63,738 nt of DNA, filler included, from Lama guanicoe (GCA_013239625.1; 77 parts of 76 records of this genome joined end to end with filler, not necessarily neighbours in it); one strand, 5' to 3'; positions 38,383-49,847 are shown, counted from the first letter of the whole stretch. Notes: generated by a model from the letters alone, not told the origin. Program-made: numbers and translations.

Positions 38383-38762
38383 NNNNNNNNNNNNNNNNNN
38401 NNNNNNNNNNNNNNNNNNNNNNNNNNTTAATTAATTAANNNNNNNNNNNNNNNNNNNNNNNNNNNNNNNNNNNNNNNNNNNNCGTGCTCATATTGTCTTT
38501 TCCATTCAGGTTACACTCTAAAAAAGAAAAGGGAAAAAAAATCTAAAATTCACTTTCCCCAGGCTGCAAATGTAAGTCCTGACAGATAATTCCCAGTTTA
38601 AAGTAAATATATTAGAGACTCAAGTTCAGAGTGTCCTGTAGGAGGGTAGGGATCTATGCTCAGTCAGGTTCATGTGCTAACTCCTGATACAGATGAAGAA
38701 ATGAACAATTTCTATCTTGCACATTGGTGCTTTAGGCTGTTTTCATTTAAAAAAAATGGTGA

Positions 38763-38909
38763 GGGGTAGGGTATAGCTCAGAGGTAGACTCTGCTTAGCA
38801 CGCAGGAGGTCTTGGGTTCAATTTCCAGTAACTCACAGAAAAAAAAAAAACAGAAAGAAAGAAAAGGAAAGAGAGAAAAATAAATAAATAAATTTAATTA
38901 CCTCTCCCC
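38763..38909 (+). mobile_element. Vic-1-like camelid tRNA-derived SINE
   Basis: GGGGTAGGGTATAGCTCAGAGGTAGA (A box)…GGGTTCAATTTCCAGTA (B box), A-rich linker and AATTACCTCTCCCC tail. Confidence 0.8.
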
Positions 38910-39033
38910 AAATTTTTTTAAGGTAAAAAAAAANNNNNNNNNNNNNNNNNNNNNNNNNNNNNNNNNNNNNNNNNNNNTTAATTAATTAANNNNNNNNNNN
39001 NNNNNNNNNNNNNNNNNNNNNNNNNNNNNNNNN

Positions 39034-39953
39034 CCTGGTCGCGCTCCGCCCCGGTCGGCGCTCCGCCTGGGTCGCACTCTGCGGGTGGGCTCGGGGAAGA
39101 CCTATGAGCCGCCTCGTCCCTGCTCCGAGCCAAGACCCAGCTGCTTGTTTGTCTTTGTGGAGCAAGTTCTCTGGGGGACCAGAATGGAAGGATCCTATCT
39201 GCCCAGGGCTGTAGGCCCGTCTCAGTCTGGCCCTTGAGGCTGCTAAGCCCTTCGGTGCGGAAGCAGGTTTCGTCTCTGCCCCCGCCTGGGTGTTAAGCGC
39301 CGGAGAAAATGGCGGCTCTGCCTGGGCCCCGCCCCTCTTTCCCTGAAAAGTTTCCGCGTGTTTTCAGAGATGGGGGTATGCACCCTTCCCCCGAGAGCAC
39401 ATCAACCTTGCTGTTTTATGGAGGGCCCAGGTTGTTCTGTCCTGTACACCCACAGCCCTGGCGCCCAGCCCCTTGCAGTCCCCCGGAGNNNNNNNNNNNN
39501 NNNNNNNNNNNNNNNNNNNNNNNNNNNNNNNNNNNNNNNNNNNNNNNNNNNNNNNNNNNNNNNNNNNNNNNNNNNNNNNNNNNNNNNNNNNNNNNNNNNN
39601 NNNNNNNNNNNNNNNNNNNNNNNNNNNNNNNNNNNNNNNNNNNNNNNNNNNNNNNNNNNNNNNNNNNNNNNNNNNNNNNNNNNNNNNNNNNNNNNNNNNN
39701 NNNNNNNNNNNNNNNNNNNNNNNNNNNNNNNNNNNNNNNNNNNNNNNNNNNNNNNNNNNNNNNNNNNNNNNNNNNNNNNNNNNNNNNNNNNNNNNNNNNN
39801 NNNNNNNNNNNNNNNNNNNNNNNNNNNNNNNNNNNNNNNNNNNNNNNNNNNNNNNNNNNNNNNNNNNNNNNNNNNNNNNATGTGGGTCTTGGTGTATTTG
39901 TGGGGGAGGGTGACTTACAAGGGTCCTTCTACTCCGCCATCTTGCCCGGAAGT
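39034..39953 (-). mobile_element. CpG-rich LINE-1 5'UTR including the 5' terminus
   Basis: Minus strand begins ACTTCCGGGCAAGATGGCGGAGTAGAAGGAC (YY1 motif at 39934-39943), typical of L1 starts; CpG-rich body. Confidence 0.75.
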
Positions 39954-40126
39954 GGTTGTAAAGATTTAAAGATAGTAAAAAAAAAAAATCTATAGCTATC
40001 TCCCTGCCACTAGAGTCCCATCAACTNNNNNNNNNNNNNNNNNNNNNNNNNNNNNNNNNNNNNNNNNNNNTTAATTAATTAANNNNNNNNNNNNNNNNNN
40101 NNNNNNNNNNNNNNNNNNNNNNNNNN

Positions 40127-40967
40127 CCTTAACCTAGCTTGTTGGGAACACAAAGTTTCTATTCTGTTGCAAACCTCAGAACATACATATATATAGGGAG
40201 GTACAAACTCCACATTATTTTACAGGGAAAACTGCACGAAATTCAAACCGGCAATAGGAATCAGTCCGAGGAGCCAGTGGAAGTGTTTCTCCTGCAAACT
40301 GTTCAATTTGCTTTATGAAAGAAAGTCTCTCCTAATAATCAGTTTTAACCGTTAAGCGTGTGTGAAAGCCGTCCTTCATTTAGCTTGTTGGGAACACAAA
40401 CTTTCTCTTCAGTTGCAAACTCTACTCCATAAATGTATATGGGAAGGTACAAGCTCCAAATCGGTTTTCAGTGAAAACTGCAGGAACGTAACAGCGGCAC
40501 TAGGAAACATTCTGAGATACCAGAGTAAATGTTTCTCCTGCAACATGTTCCTTTTCTGCTAGATGAACGAACGTCTCTCCACATGCTCAGTTTTCAGAGT
40601 TACGCGAGTGTGGAAGCCGTCCTTCACATAGCTTGTTGGGAACACAAAGTTTCTCTTCAGTTGCAAATTCCACTACATATATATATATGGGGAGGTATAC
40701 AATTCTCTCTCGGTTTTACAGTGAAAACTGCTTGAACTTCAAACCGGCACTAGGAAACAGACTGAGAAACCAGAGTAAGTGTTTCTCCTGCGACCTCTTC
40801 CATTTGTGCTAGATGAAGGAACGTCTCTCCACTTGCTTAGTTTTCAGAATTAAGCGTGTGTGAAAGCCATCCTTCACCTACATCGTTGGGAACACATAGT
40901 TTCTCTTCAGTTGCAAACTCCACTACATACATATATATGGGGTAGTACAAGCTCCAACTCGGTTTTA
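40127..40967 (+). repeat. Satellite E, ~3.4 monomers
   Basis: TTTCTCTTCAGTTGCAAA-type motif at ~40155, 40401, 40649, 40899 (periods 246-250). Confidence 0.95.
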
Positions 40968-41067
40968 NNNNNNNNNNNNNNNNNNNNNNNNNNNNNNNNN
41001 NNNNNNNNNNNTTAATTAATTAANNNNNNNNNNNNNNNNNNNNNNNNNNNNNNNNNNNNNNNNNNNN

Positions 41068-41470
41068 AAGTACACTTCAAAAACAAAGAAACATACTTAT
41101 AGAAAAAATAGATTTGACGTTAACAGAGGCAGGGGTTGGTAAGTGAGAATTTGATTAATACACTCGAAAGCTACAAATCTCCAGCTGTAAAATAAACGTG
41201 TTTTAGGGATGCCCCATAGTAACATGAAAATTATAATTAATAATGCTTTATGTTCTATATGAATGTTGATAAGAGAGTAGACCATAAGTTTTCACATCAC
41301 AACAAAAAGACAAATTGTATTTCTTTAAAATTGTATCTAAAAGAGATAATGAATTCTACTCCCTAAAGTTGCCAAGATAGTTATTCATGATACGTGTAAA
41401 TCAAATCACTATCCTGTGCACCAAAATTTACACAATGTTTTATGCCAATTAAACCTCAATAAAAGCAAAA
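41068..41470 (+). mobile_element. Old LINE-1 3' end
   Basis: AAATCTCCAGCTGTAAAATAAA…TTGATAAGAGAGTAGACCATAAGTTTTCACATCAC…CCTCAATAAAAGC. Confidence 0.75.
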
Positions 41471-41675
41471 GGAAAAATGAAAATTCAATGGTCATTTTTT
41501 CCCATTTTTCCCATTTTTTCCCAATGGTCATTTCTCATGATTGTTTTTGCAGCAAGTAAACTTGAGTCCTGGTATNNNNNNNNNNNNNNNNNNNNNNNNN
41601 NNNNNNNNNNNNNNNNNNNTTAATTAATTAANNNNNNNNNNNNNNNNNNNNNNNNNNNNNNNNNNNNNNNNNNNN

Positions 41676-41823
41676 ACACACACACACAGACACACACACA
41701 CACACAGATACACACACACATAGATACACACACACAGACACACACAGACACATACACACACAGACACACACACACACAGATACAGACACACACACACAGA
41801 TACAGACACACACACACACACAC
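41676..41823 (+). repeat. Interrupted (CA)n microsatellite
   Basis: CA repeats with GA/TA interruptions. Confidence 0.97.
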
Positions 41824-42497
41824 TAATAGAGCTGCTTGGGAAAGGGCTCCTCCCTTTTGGCTTTCAATTCACTGCTAGAGAGTAGAGCAAGTTCAGTAAT
41901 AAATCATGCAATGTTTTGATTTATTCTTTAATGTAAATTTCCCCAAACCATTTTTGACAACCATTTAATTTGCAGTGGGATATTTGCATACTAACCTACA
42001 CTACCAGCAGTTTTCTCTTGAAAGTGAAGTAGGAACAGTAGTATGATTTCAGTACATAACAGCATTTTACAGCAAGTGTTACCACGTTAGGATATAGCTC
42101 TAGTGTCTTCAGAAACAGGTAAGATTTTAAGAGGACAAATGTCTTTCAAAATGCCAAGCAAGATGTAAATTGAGACAGAGAGCTCAGGAGAGTGAGTTCC
42201 AATTATACACAGCCTTGTTGGTGAGCTTGTTATGTTTGCCTTTCAAAGGATCACTTACCTTCCTGACTCTATTTGCCCTGTAATGGTAAAGTTTCACTCT
42301 TTATATTCTGTGATACTGTGATACATACTGTGATACATACACATGCCACTCATCCTTTAGAAAGATTCTAATGCAACTGAGGAAATTGGATTGGATANNN
42401 NNNNNNNNNNNNNNNNNNNNNNNNNNNNNNNNNNNNNNNNNTTAATTAATTAANNNNNNNNNNNNNNNNNNNNNNNNNNNNNNNNNNNNNNNNNNNN

Positions 42498-43229
42498 GGA
42501 TTGCAAGAATCAATATTGTTAAAATGGTCACATTGCCCAAGGCAATAGACAGATTTAATGCAATCCCTGTAAAATTACCCCAGACATATTTCATAGAACT
42601 AGAACAAATCACAATAAAATTTATATGGAACCATCAAAGACANNNNNNNNNNNNNNNNNNNNNNNNNNNNNNNNNNNNNNNNNNNNNNNNNNNNNNNNNN
42701 NNNNNNNNNNNNNNNNNNNNNNNNNNNNNNNNNNNNNNNNNNNNNNNNNNNNNNNNNNNNNNNNNNNNNNNNNNNNNNNNNNNNNNNNNNNNNNNNNNNN
42801 NNNNNNNNNNNNNNNNNNNNNNNNNNNNNNNNNNNNNNNNNNNNNNNNNNNNNNNNNNNNNNNNNNNNNNNNNNNNNNNNNNNNNNNNNNNNNNNNNNNN
42901 NNNNNNNNNNNNNNNNNNNNNNNNNNNNNNNNNNNNNNNNNNNNNNNNNNNNNNNNNNNNNNNNNNNNNNNNNNNNNNNNNNNNNNNNNNNNNNNNNNNN
43001 NNNNNNNNNNNNNNNNNNNNNNNNNNNNNNNNNNNNNNNNNNNNNNNNNNNNNNNNNNNNNNNNNNNNNNNNNNNNNNNNNNNNNNNNNNNATTTTTGCA
43101 AATGAAACTGACAAAGGCTTGATCTCCAGAATATATAAGCAGCTCAAATGACTTAATAAGAAACAACTAAATAACCAAAAGCAAAAATGGGCAGAAGACC
43201 TAAACAAGCAATTCTCCAAGGAAGACATA
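42498..43229 (+). mobile_element. LINE-1 ORF2 fragment
   Basis: [45 protein letters not shown] and …KGLISRIYKQLK. Confidence 0.95.
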
Positions 43230-43329
43230 NNNNNNNNNNNNNNNNNNNNNNNNNNNNNNNNNNNNNNNNNNNNTTAATTAATTAANNNNNNNNNNNNNNN
43301 NNNNNNNNNNNNNNNNNNNNNNNNNNNNN

Positions 43330-43494
43330 TTGTAAAGAAAGTCCCCTTTCACAATATTTGAAACAGGGAGTATGAAAAGCTTAGTTAGACAACTTAACCT
43401 TTATGGGTTTAGTAAAGTGCGGCCGAATATTCAGTGATCATTTTTTCTAGCTGACTTCCTGGCAGAAGAAAAAGAAGTCTATGTTTTAAGCAAG
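43330..43494 (+). pseudogene. HSFY: HSFY-like heat-shock factor pseudogene, end of the DNA-binding-domain exon, followed by intron-like sequence
   Basis: Translates L*RKSPFTIFETGSMKSLVRQLNLYGFSKVRPNIQ*SFFLADFLAEEKEVYVLSK: HSF DBD signature plus HSFY-type extension. Stops at 43333-43335 and 43435-43437; GA instead of GT at the expected donor (43495-43496). Confidence 0.88.
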
Positions 43495-43591
43495 GAATTC
43501 AGAAATTTTAGTTTTGACTTGGTAACTTATATATAAAATTTTATTTTCTAAATGAATCTATGGTAATATAAATGTAAAGCTAGATTTTGAA

Positions 43592-43829
43592 GGCACTCAC
43601 CGGCAAATCCTAACTTCTTAAATTTGATGACTATACTATTTAAATGTGTATTTTCCAAATAAGGAACTTCAAAATATCGTCAGCTATGTTCATATTTTGA
43701 TGATATTATCTTATCTGAAAATAAAGGTATTAAAGCTGTTTTTAAAAGTGGCACTCACCGTTACTGCAAATCCTAACTTCTTAAATTTGATGACTATACT
43801 ATTTAAATGTGTATTTTCCAAATAAGGAA
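43592..43829 (+). repeat. ~75-bp direct repeat in HSFY intron
   Basis: GGCACTCACCG…GCAAATCCTAACTTCTTAAATTTGATGACTATACTATTTAAATGTGTATTTTCCAAATAAGGAA at 43592 and 43750. Confidence 0.9.
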
Positions 43830-43934
43830 AGGAANNNNNNNNNNNNNNNNNNNNNNNNNNNNNNNNNNNNNNNNNNNNTTAATTAATTAANNNNNNNNNN
43901 NNNNNNNNNNNNNNNNNNNNNNNNNNNNNNNNNN

Positions 43935-44500
43935 TGGGAGTCAGGGAAGAGACAGAGGGAAGCTTTGAGGTGTGCAGAGAGCAGAGAATATTGACACCAC
44001 TGAGTGATAAGTGGGGAAATGTGCTCACTAGAGAAATCCTGGAGGATTGCCTGGCAGTGGCAACATGGTAGGCATTGATTTGTAGTCTTAGAAATCTGTG
44101 CTGGGAGAGCCTGCTGCCTGCAGGCTCAGAACAAATAGAGCTGGGTGAACCGAGATGGAAGTCGTCCTGGTGAAGAACTAGAAAGATCAAGGGTCAAGGG
44201 GGTTTTGTTTGTCATAAAGAGAGTGCTGACTTTGGATGCAGAGATGGAAGGTGGGGAAGTGGAAGTAAGAGGAACGTGGACAGGCAGGAAAGCAGAGGAG
44301 TCAGTGCATGATGTCCCAGTGAGGGTGAAGGAGGGCCAGGGAAGGGAGGCTGGTGGAGAAGCAGCCGGACGGCTAGAGGTGGGCACTTAAAGGAGAGAGG
44401 CTGGAACTGGGGTGGAGACACGCCCGGGTATGAGCCCGGGGGTAGGGTGAATGGGGTTGGCTGGCTCAGGCTGACGGAGAAGAAGACCCTAAAATGACCA
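43935..44500 (-). mobile_element. L2 LINE ORF2 fragment (ancient)
   Basis: Minus strand CTGCCAGGCAATCCTCCAGGATTTCTCTAGT…CACACCTCAAAGCTTCC resembles L2; strong purine/pyrimidine skew. Confidence 0.55.
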
Positions 44501-44821
44501 TACTGGGTGGTGAAGGGAGAATGAACTTTTAGGTCTTGCTGGTAGGAGGTGAGGCAATACAGAGCTGGTGGTCCAGGTGCTCCTGACTGAGGCAGATGAG
44601 CAGGGAGGCCAGGGTGGCAGGCACTGCTTGGAAAGGATCTGGGTTTTTCAGGTGCTCCCAAGAGAGGAGGAGCAATTATCTGAAGGTGAAAAGTGAGCAC
44701 AAGGTCAATCCAGGCACCTGANNNNNNNNNNNNNNNNNNNNNNNNNNNNNNNNNNNNNNNNNNNNTTAATTAATTAANNNNNNNNNNNNNNNNNNNNNNN
44801 NNNNNNNNNNNNNNNNNNNNN

Positions 44822-46050
44822 AGGCCTCAGAACACCTGGAAGCAGGAGAAGGAAAAGCAGGGAATGAATAGCAGTGCATGGTCTGAACCCTGTTGATGGA
44901 GCAGTAAAAGTGAAACTCTCTTTAACTTGGACACACACTCTCAAGCGGACAGGAGACATGGGATTGAATGTGATGCGCTGAGTGTTAGAAGAGAGCACAG
45001 CAGATGCTTGGCTGACAGAACTCAAAGAATCCAGTGCAAAATATCCCCACAGTTGATTCTGAGACCAAGATCCGAGCTGCCNNNNNNNNNNNNNNNNNNN
45101 NNNNNNNNNNNNNNNNNNNNNNNNNNNNNNNNNNNNNNNNNNNNNNNNNNNNNNNNNNNNNNNNNNNNNNNNNNNNNNNNNNNNNNNNNNNNNNNNNNNN
45201 NNNNNNNNNNNNNNNNNNNNNNNNNNNNNNNNNNNNNNNNNNNNNNNNNNNNNNNNNNNNNNNNNNNNNNNNNNNNNNNNNNNNNNNNNNNNNNNNNNNN
45301 NNNNNNNNNNNNNNNNNNNNNNNNNNNNNNNNNNNNNNNNNNNNNNNNNNNNNNNNNNNNNNNNNNNNNNNNNNNNNNNNNNNNNNNNNNNNNNNNNNNN
45401 NNNNNNNNNNNNNNNNNNNNNNNNNNNNNNNNTATGGTTTGGTTTGAGGCACAGGATGTGCAACAGCTCTGTGGTTGCCTTCGTGCACCCGTGCCACAAG
45501 GATGAGAGGACAAGGAAGTGTGGTCCAAGACCACAGCGTGAGAAGAGAAAGGATTTCCTTCAGTTTATCTCTCAAAAGCGGATGCTACATTTTGGATGGC
45601 ACCGGCATGGTTCGGCAGCGAGGACACCTAGTTCGGGCTGCGGGATAATTCCAGCAGGCCCTGAAGTGTGACATCCATAGATGTGCTTCCACTGGTGTTT
45701 CTGTAGAAAGAGAAGCTCTTGGAAGAACTGGTTTCAGTGGGACATTCCCGTGGCACTACAAAGCACAAGCGCACTCACACTCTGCTCTTCTGGAAACACT
45801 CCAAAATAACATAGAGTAGAATGCAGAGCNNNNNNNNNNNNNNNNNNNNNNNNNNNNNNNNNNNNNNNNNNNNNNNNNNNNNNNNNNNNNNNNNNNNNNN
45901 NNNNNNNNNNNNNNNNNNNNNNNNNNNNNNNNNNNNNNNNNNNNNNNNNNNNNNNNAAAGGCAACAAACTGGAGATAGACCAGACAACACACACGGGAAC
46001 TGGACATGGCATCAATGTCTAGGAAAATTGGTCCTCACAGAAATCCCATG
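44822..46050 (+). repeat. Repeat family C (longest segment)
   Basis: Overlaps contigs 7325, 8823 and 54239; no self-repeat visible within ~1.2 kb. Confidence 0.85.
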
Positions 46051-46793
46051 NNNNNNNNNNNNNNNNNNNNNNNNNNNNNNNNNNNNNNNNNNNNTTAATT
46101 AATTAANNNNNNNNNNNNNNNNNNNNNNNNNNNNNNNNNNNNNNNNNNNNTAGCCTGGTGCCCAACTGCATATAAGCTGCTTTCCCAGATTCAAATGTCA
46201 GAGCCACTCATGGCCTGTTTTAAACTTTGAGGAATGTAAAGCTATTTAAAGGAATTACCTAGCCCCCTAGATCAGCCACAAGGCCACCTCTGCCTCCCCT
46301 CACACTCAGATACACACTGGAGAAAGTGGAAGACACTTCAGATACATGGATGTAGGCTGTCCTCTCCCCACCTTCATGCTCTATCCCTTCCTCCCCAGAA
46401 CCAGTTGCACACTTTCTGAAACAATGCTTTTCTTGCCAGTTTCTCTTCATTCAAAGAAAAGGTACAAGATCTTTCTTTCCTTACCTCCTACAACCTTGAA
46501 ATTACAACCTTGAAGTCAACCAGTCTGTATAAAATTAAATGTGAATACAATCATTGCTTCAGCAACATCTAGGATTTTGAAAAAATGATTCTCATAGAAA
46601 TGCTTTCTGGGAAAGCTTGCATAAAAACTTTAGTTTTCAAAACATTTAAAGAGAAAATTTAAGGTAGTCATTAAAAGAGTCAACTTTTTTTTTNNNNNNN
46701 NNNNNNNNNNNNNNNNNNNNNNNNNNNNNNNNNNNNNTTAATTAATTAANNNNNNNNNNNNNNNNNNNNNNNNNNNNNNNNNNNNNNNNNNNN

Positions 46794-47619
46794 GCTCGGG
46801 GAAGTCCGAGAAATACCTTCCCTGACCTTGTGGAGGCAACCTTTGTCACTGCGATTTCCTGCAACCACACCTAGCATTCCCTGGCACAGAGACATGAGGA
46901 AAACCCTCAGGGGAGACGAGCACAGGCATTCCCTTAGAACCCACGCGCTGCCGACCGTTGGTGGAACCTCCCCACGCTCAGGATTCCGGNNNNNNNNNNN
47001 NNNNNNNNNNNNNNNNNNNNNNNNNNNNNNNNNNNNNNNNNNNNNNNNNNNNNNNNNNNNNNNNNNNNNNNNNNNNNNNNNNNNNNNNNNNNNNNNNNNN
47101 NNNNNNNNNNNNNNNNNNNNNNNNNNNNNNNNNNNNNNNNNNNNNNNNNNNNNNNNNNNNNNNNNNNNNNNNNNNNNNNNNNNNNNNNNNNNNNNNNNNN
47201 NNNNNNNNNNNNNNNNNNNNNNNNNNNNNNNNNNNNNNNNNNNNNNNNNNNNNNNNNNNNNNNNNNNNNNNNNNNNNNNNNNNNNNNNNNNNNNNNNNNN
47301 NNNNNNNNNNNNNNNNNNNNNNNNNNNNNNNNNNNNNNNNNNNNNNNNNNNNNNNNNNNNNNNNNNNNNNNNNNNNNNNNNNNNNNNNNNNNNNNNNNNN
47401 NNNNNNNNNNNNNNNNNNNNNNNNNNNNNNNNNNNNNNNNNNNNNNNNNNNNNNNNNNNNNNNNNNNNNNNNNNNNNNNNNNNNNNNNNNNNNNNNNNNN
47501 NNNNNNNNNNNNNNNNNNNNNNNNNNNNNNGGGGGAGCTCAAAACTCCATGCAGCTCCCTTCAGTCACATGTGTTCCCTGCTCGGGGAAGTCAGAGAAAT
47601 ACCTTCCCTGACCTTGGGG
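46794..47619 (+). repeat. Satellite A
   Basis: Both sides of the gap match the 266-bp monomer. Confidence 0.95.
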
Positions 47620-48462
47620 NNNNNNNNNNNNNNNNNNNNNNNNNNNNNNNNNNNNNNNNNNNNTTAATTAATTAANNNNNNNNNNNNNNNNNNNNNNNNN
47701 NNNNNNNNNNNNNNNNNNNTGAATGGGACAAAGGGCCTAAGTGTTCCTTAAAATGTTTATTTCACAGTTTGTTCTAGGTGTCATTTTTTATGACGTCTTG
47801 ATGGGATATCTCTTAATAATAAAAAGTTACTTTTTTAAGATACACTTTTGAAAGGTTGTGATAATATAATACAAATAGAATTATTGCTGTTTTACTAAAC
47901 TTGCATAAATGCAAATTCTGAAACACAAGCATAAGGTCAGCTTTGTTTCTCAGTACAAAATTAAACTATACTAAATTAAACTATGCTAAAGGGAAGTGAA
48001 AGGGAGTTTGGCCATCTCAATAAATGATCATCATTTATGCAGTTTGCTCATTCCCCTGCAATGCTTTTGCATGTTAAATAAAAATTGATATGAGTGAAAG
48101 GATATGAAATTTCTACCAACAAATTAGAAAGAAAAAATAACACATTAACTTAAAATAAACTTCAGCTACCTGTCATGAACAAATTTTAAAAAGCCTTAAT
48201 AGAAAGAAGTACAGTATTTGGCAATATCAGTACTTGCTTCTATAGATGATTCAGCTTATTTGAGTCTTAAAAACGACTTAGACATATTTGTATCTTCATA
48301 TCTGAATGCTATTCGGTTTTCCTGTGGGATAAGGTGAATTATTTCCATTTAATAAATTTAGANNNNNNNNNNNNNNNNNNNNNNNNNNNNNNNNNNNNNN
48401 NNNNNNTTAATTAATTAANNNNNNNNNNNNNNNNNNNNNNNNNNNNNNNNNNNNNNNNNNNN

Positions 48463-49442
48463 AATATAGAATGTAGAACACAGAATTTAGAATATAGAAT
48501 ACAGAAAACTGTATAAATAATTTAGAATATAGAATGTAGAACACAGAATATAGAATAAAAAATATAGATTGTAGAATATAGAATGAAGTATGCAAAATAT
48601 AGAATATAGTACAGAGAATATAGAAGCCAGAATTTAGAACATGGAATGCAGAACACAGAATTTCGAATATAAATACAGAATACTGAATTTAGGATTTTGA
48701 ATATAGAATGCAGAACACAGAATATATAATAGAGTATACAGAACCCAGAATTTAAAACATGGAATCCAGAACACAGAATTTAGAGTATAGATTTCATATT
48801 ACTGAATGTAGAATTTAGAATATAGAATGTAGAACACAGAATGTAGAATATAGAATATGGATTATACAACCCAGAATTTAGAACATGGAATACAGAACTC
48901 AGAATTTAGATTATAGAATAAAGAATAGTGCATATAGAATGTAGAATATGGAATGTAGAACACAGAATATAGAATATACAATACGGAAAACAGAATATAC
49001 AATACAGAATATAGAATATAGAAAACAGAATATAGAATATGGAAAACAGAATACAGAACCCAGAATTTACAACATGGAATGCAGAACACAGAATAAAGAA
49101 TATAGAATACAGAATACTGAATATAGAATTTTGAATATAGAATAAAGAACACATAATATAGAATATAGAATGCGGAATGCAGAATATAGAATGAAGAATA
49201 CAAAATATAGAACAGAGAATAGAGAATATACAACACAAATTTAGATCATGGAGTCAGAACATAGAATTTAGAATATAGAATACAAAATTGTGCATATAGA
49301 ATTTAGAATATGGAATGTAGAACACAGAATATAGAATATATAATAAAGAATACCTAATATAGTGTTTAGAATATAGAATGTAGAACACAGAAAATAGAAT
49401 GTAGATACAGAATATAGAATCCAGAATAAAGAACATGCTATG
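48463..49442 (+). repeat. Satellite B
   Basis: AGAAT-heptamer array. Confidence 0.95.
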
Positions 49443-49542
49443 NNNNNNNNNNNNNNNNNNNNNNNNNNNNNNNNNNNNNNNNNNNNTTAATTAATTAANN
49501 NNNNNNNNNNNNNNNNNNNNNNNNNNNNNNNNNNNNNNNNNN

Positions 49543-49847
49543 GTAATATTTTAAAGGTAACCAAAAATATTTATGATAATCTACAAAGGATACCCCATTA
49601 GGCCATCAGCAGATTTCTGAGCAGAAAACATAGGCCACAGGTAAATAAAATTACATTTCAAACTACTGAAATAAGAAGTCACTCACCCAATAATACTTAG
49701 ATAGTTATCACTTAGATATAAAGTGAAAATAAAGACTTTACCAGACAAACAAACCTGAATGTGACAAAAAAACAAAACCGAGACACCTTATAAGAGGTAC
49801 AGAAAAGAAGTCTTCTAAGAAATATAAATTGGCAAAAATGGGCAAAA
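49543..49847 (+). mobile_element. Degenerate LINE-1 ORF1 C-terminal fragment
   Basis: TACAAAGGATACCCCATTAGGCCATCAGCAGATTTCTGAGCAGAAA…GAAAATAAAGACTTTACCAGACAAACAAA (YKG.PIR.SADFS.E…IKT.PDKQ). Confidence 0.75.

Noticed and set aside
38763..38835. tRNA gene
   Set aside because: Degenerate cloverleaf followed by A-rich linker and SINE tail; it is a SINE.
44212..44700. 162-aa Pro/Leu/Ser-rich ORF
   Set aside because: Low-complexity translation of pyrimidine-rich L2-like DNA with no domain features.
43330..49442. Functional link between HSFY and GAA-rich satellite B as heat-shock elements
   Set aside because: HSEs need alternating inverted nGAAn units, whereas B has direct ~7-nt repeats; the contigs are unlinked and this HSFY copy is dead.
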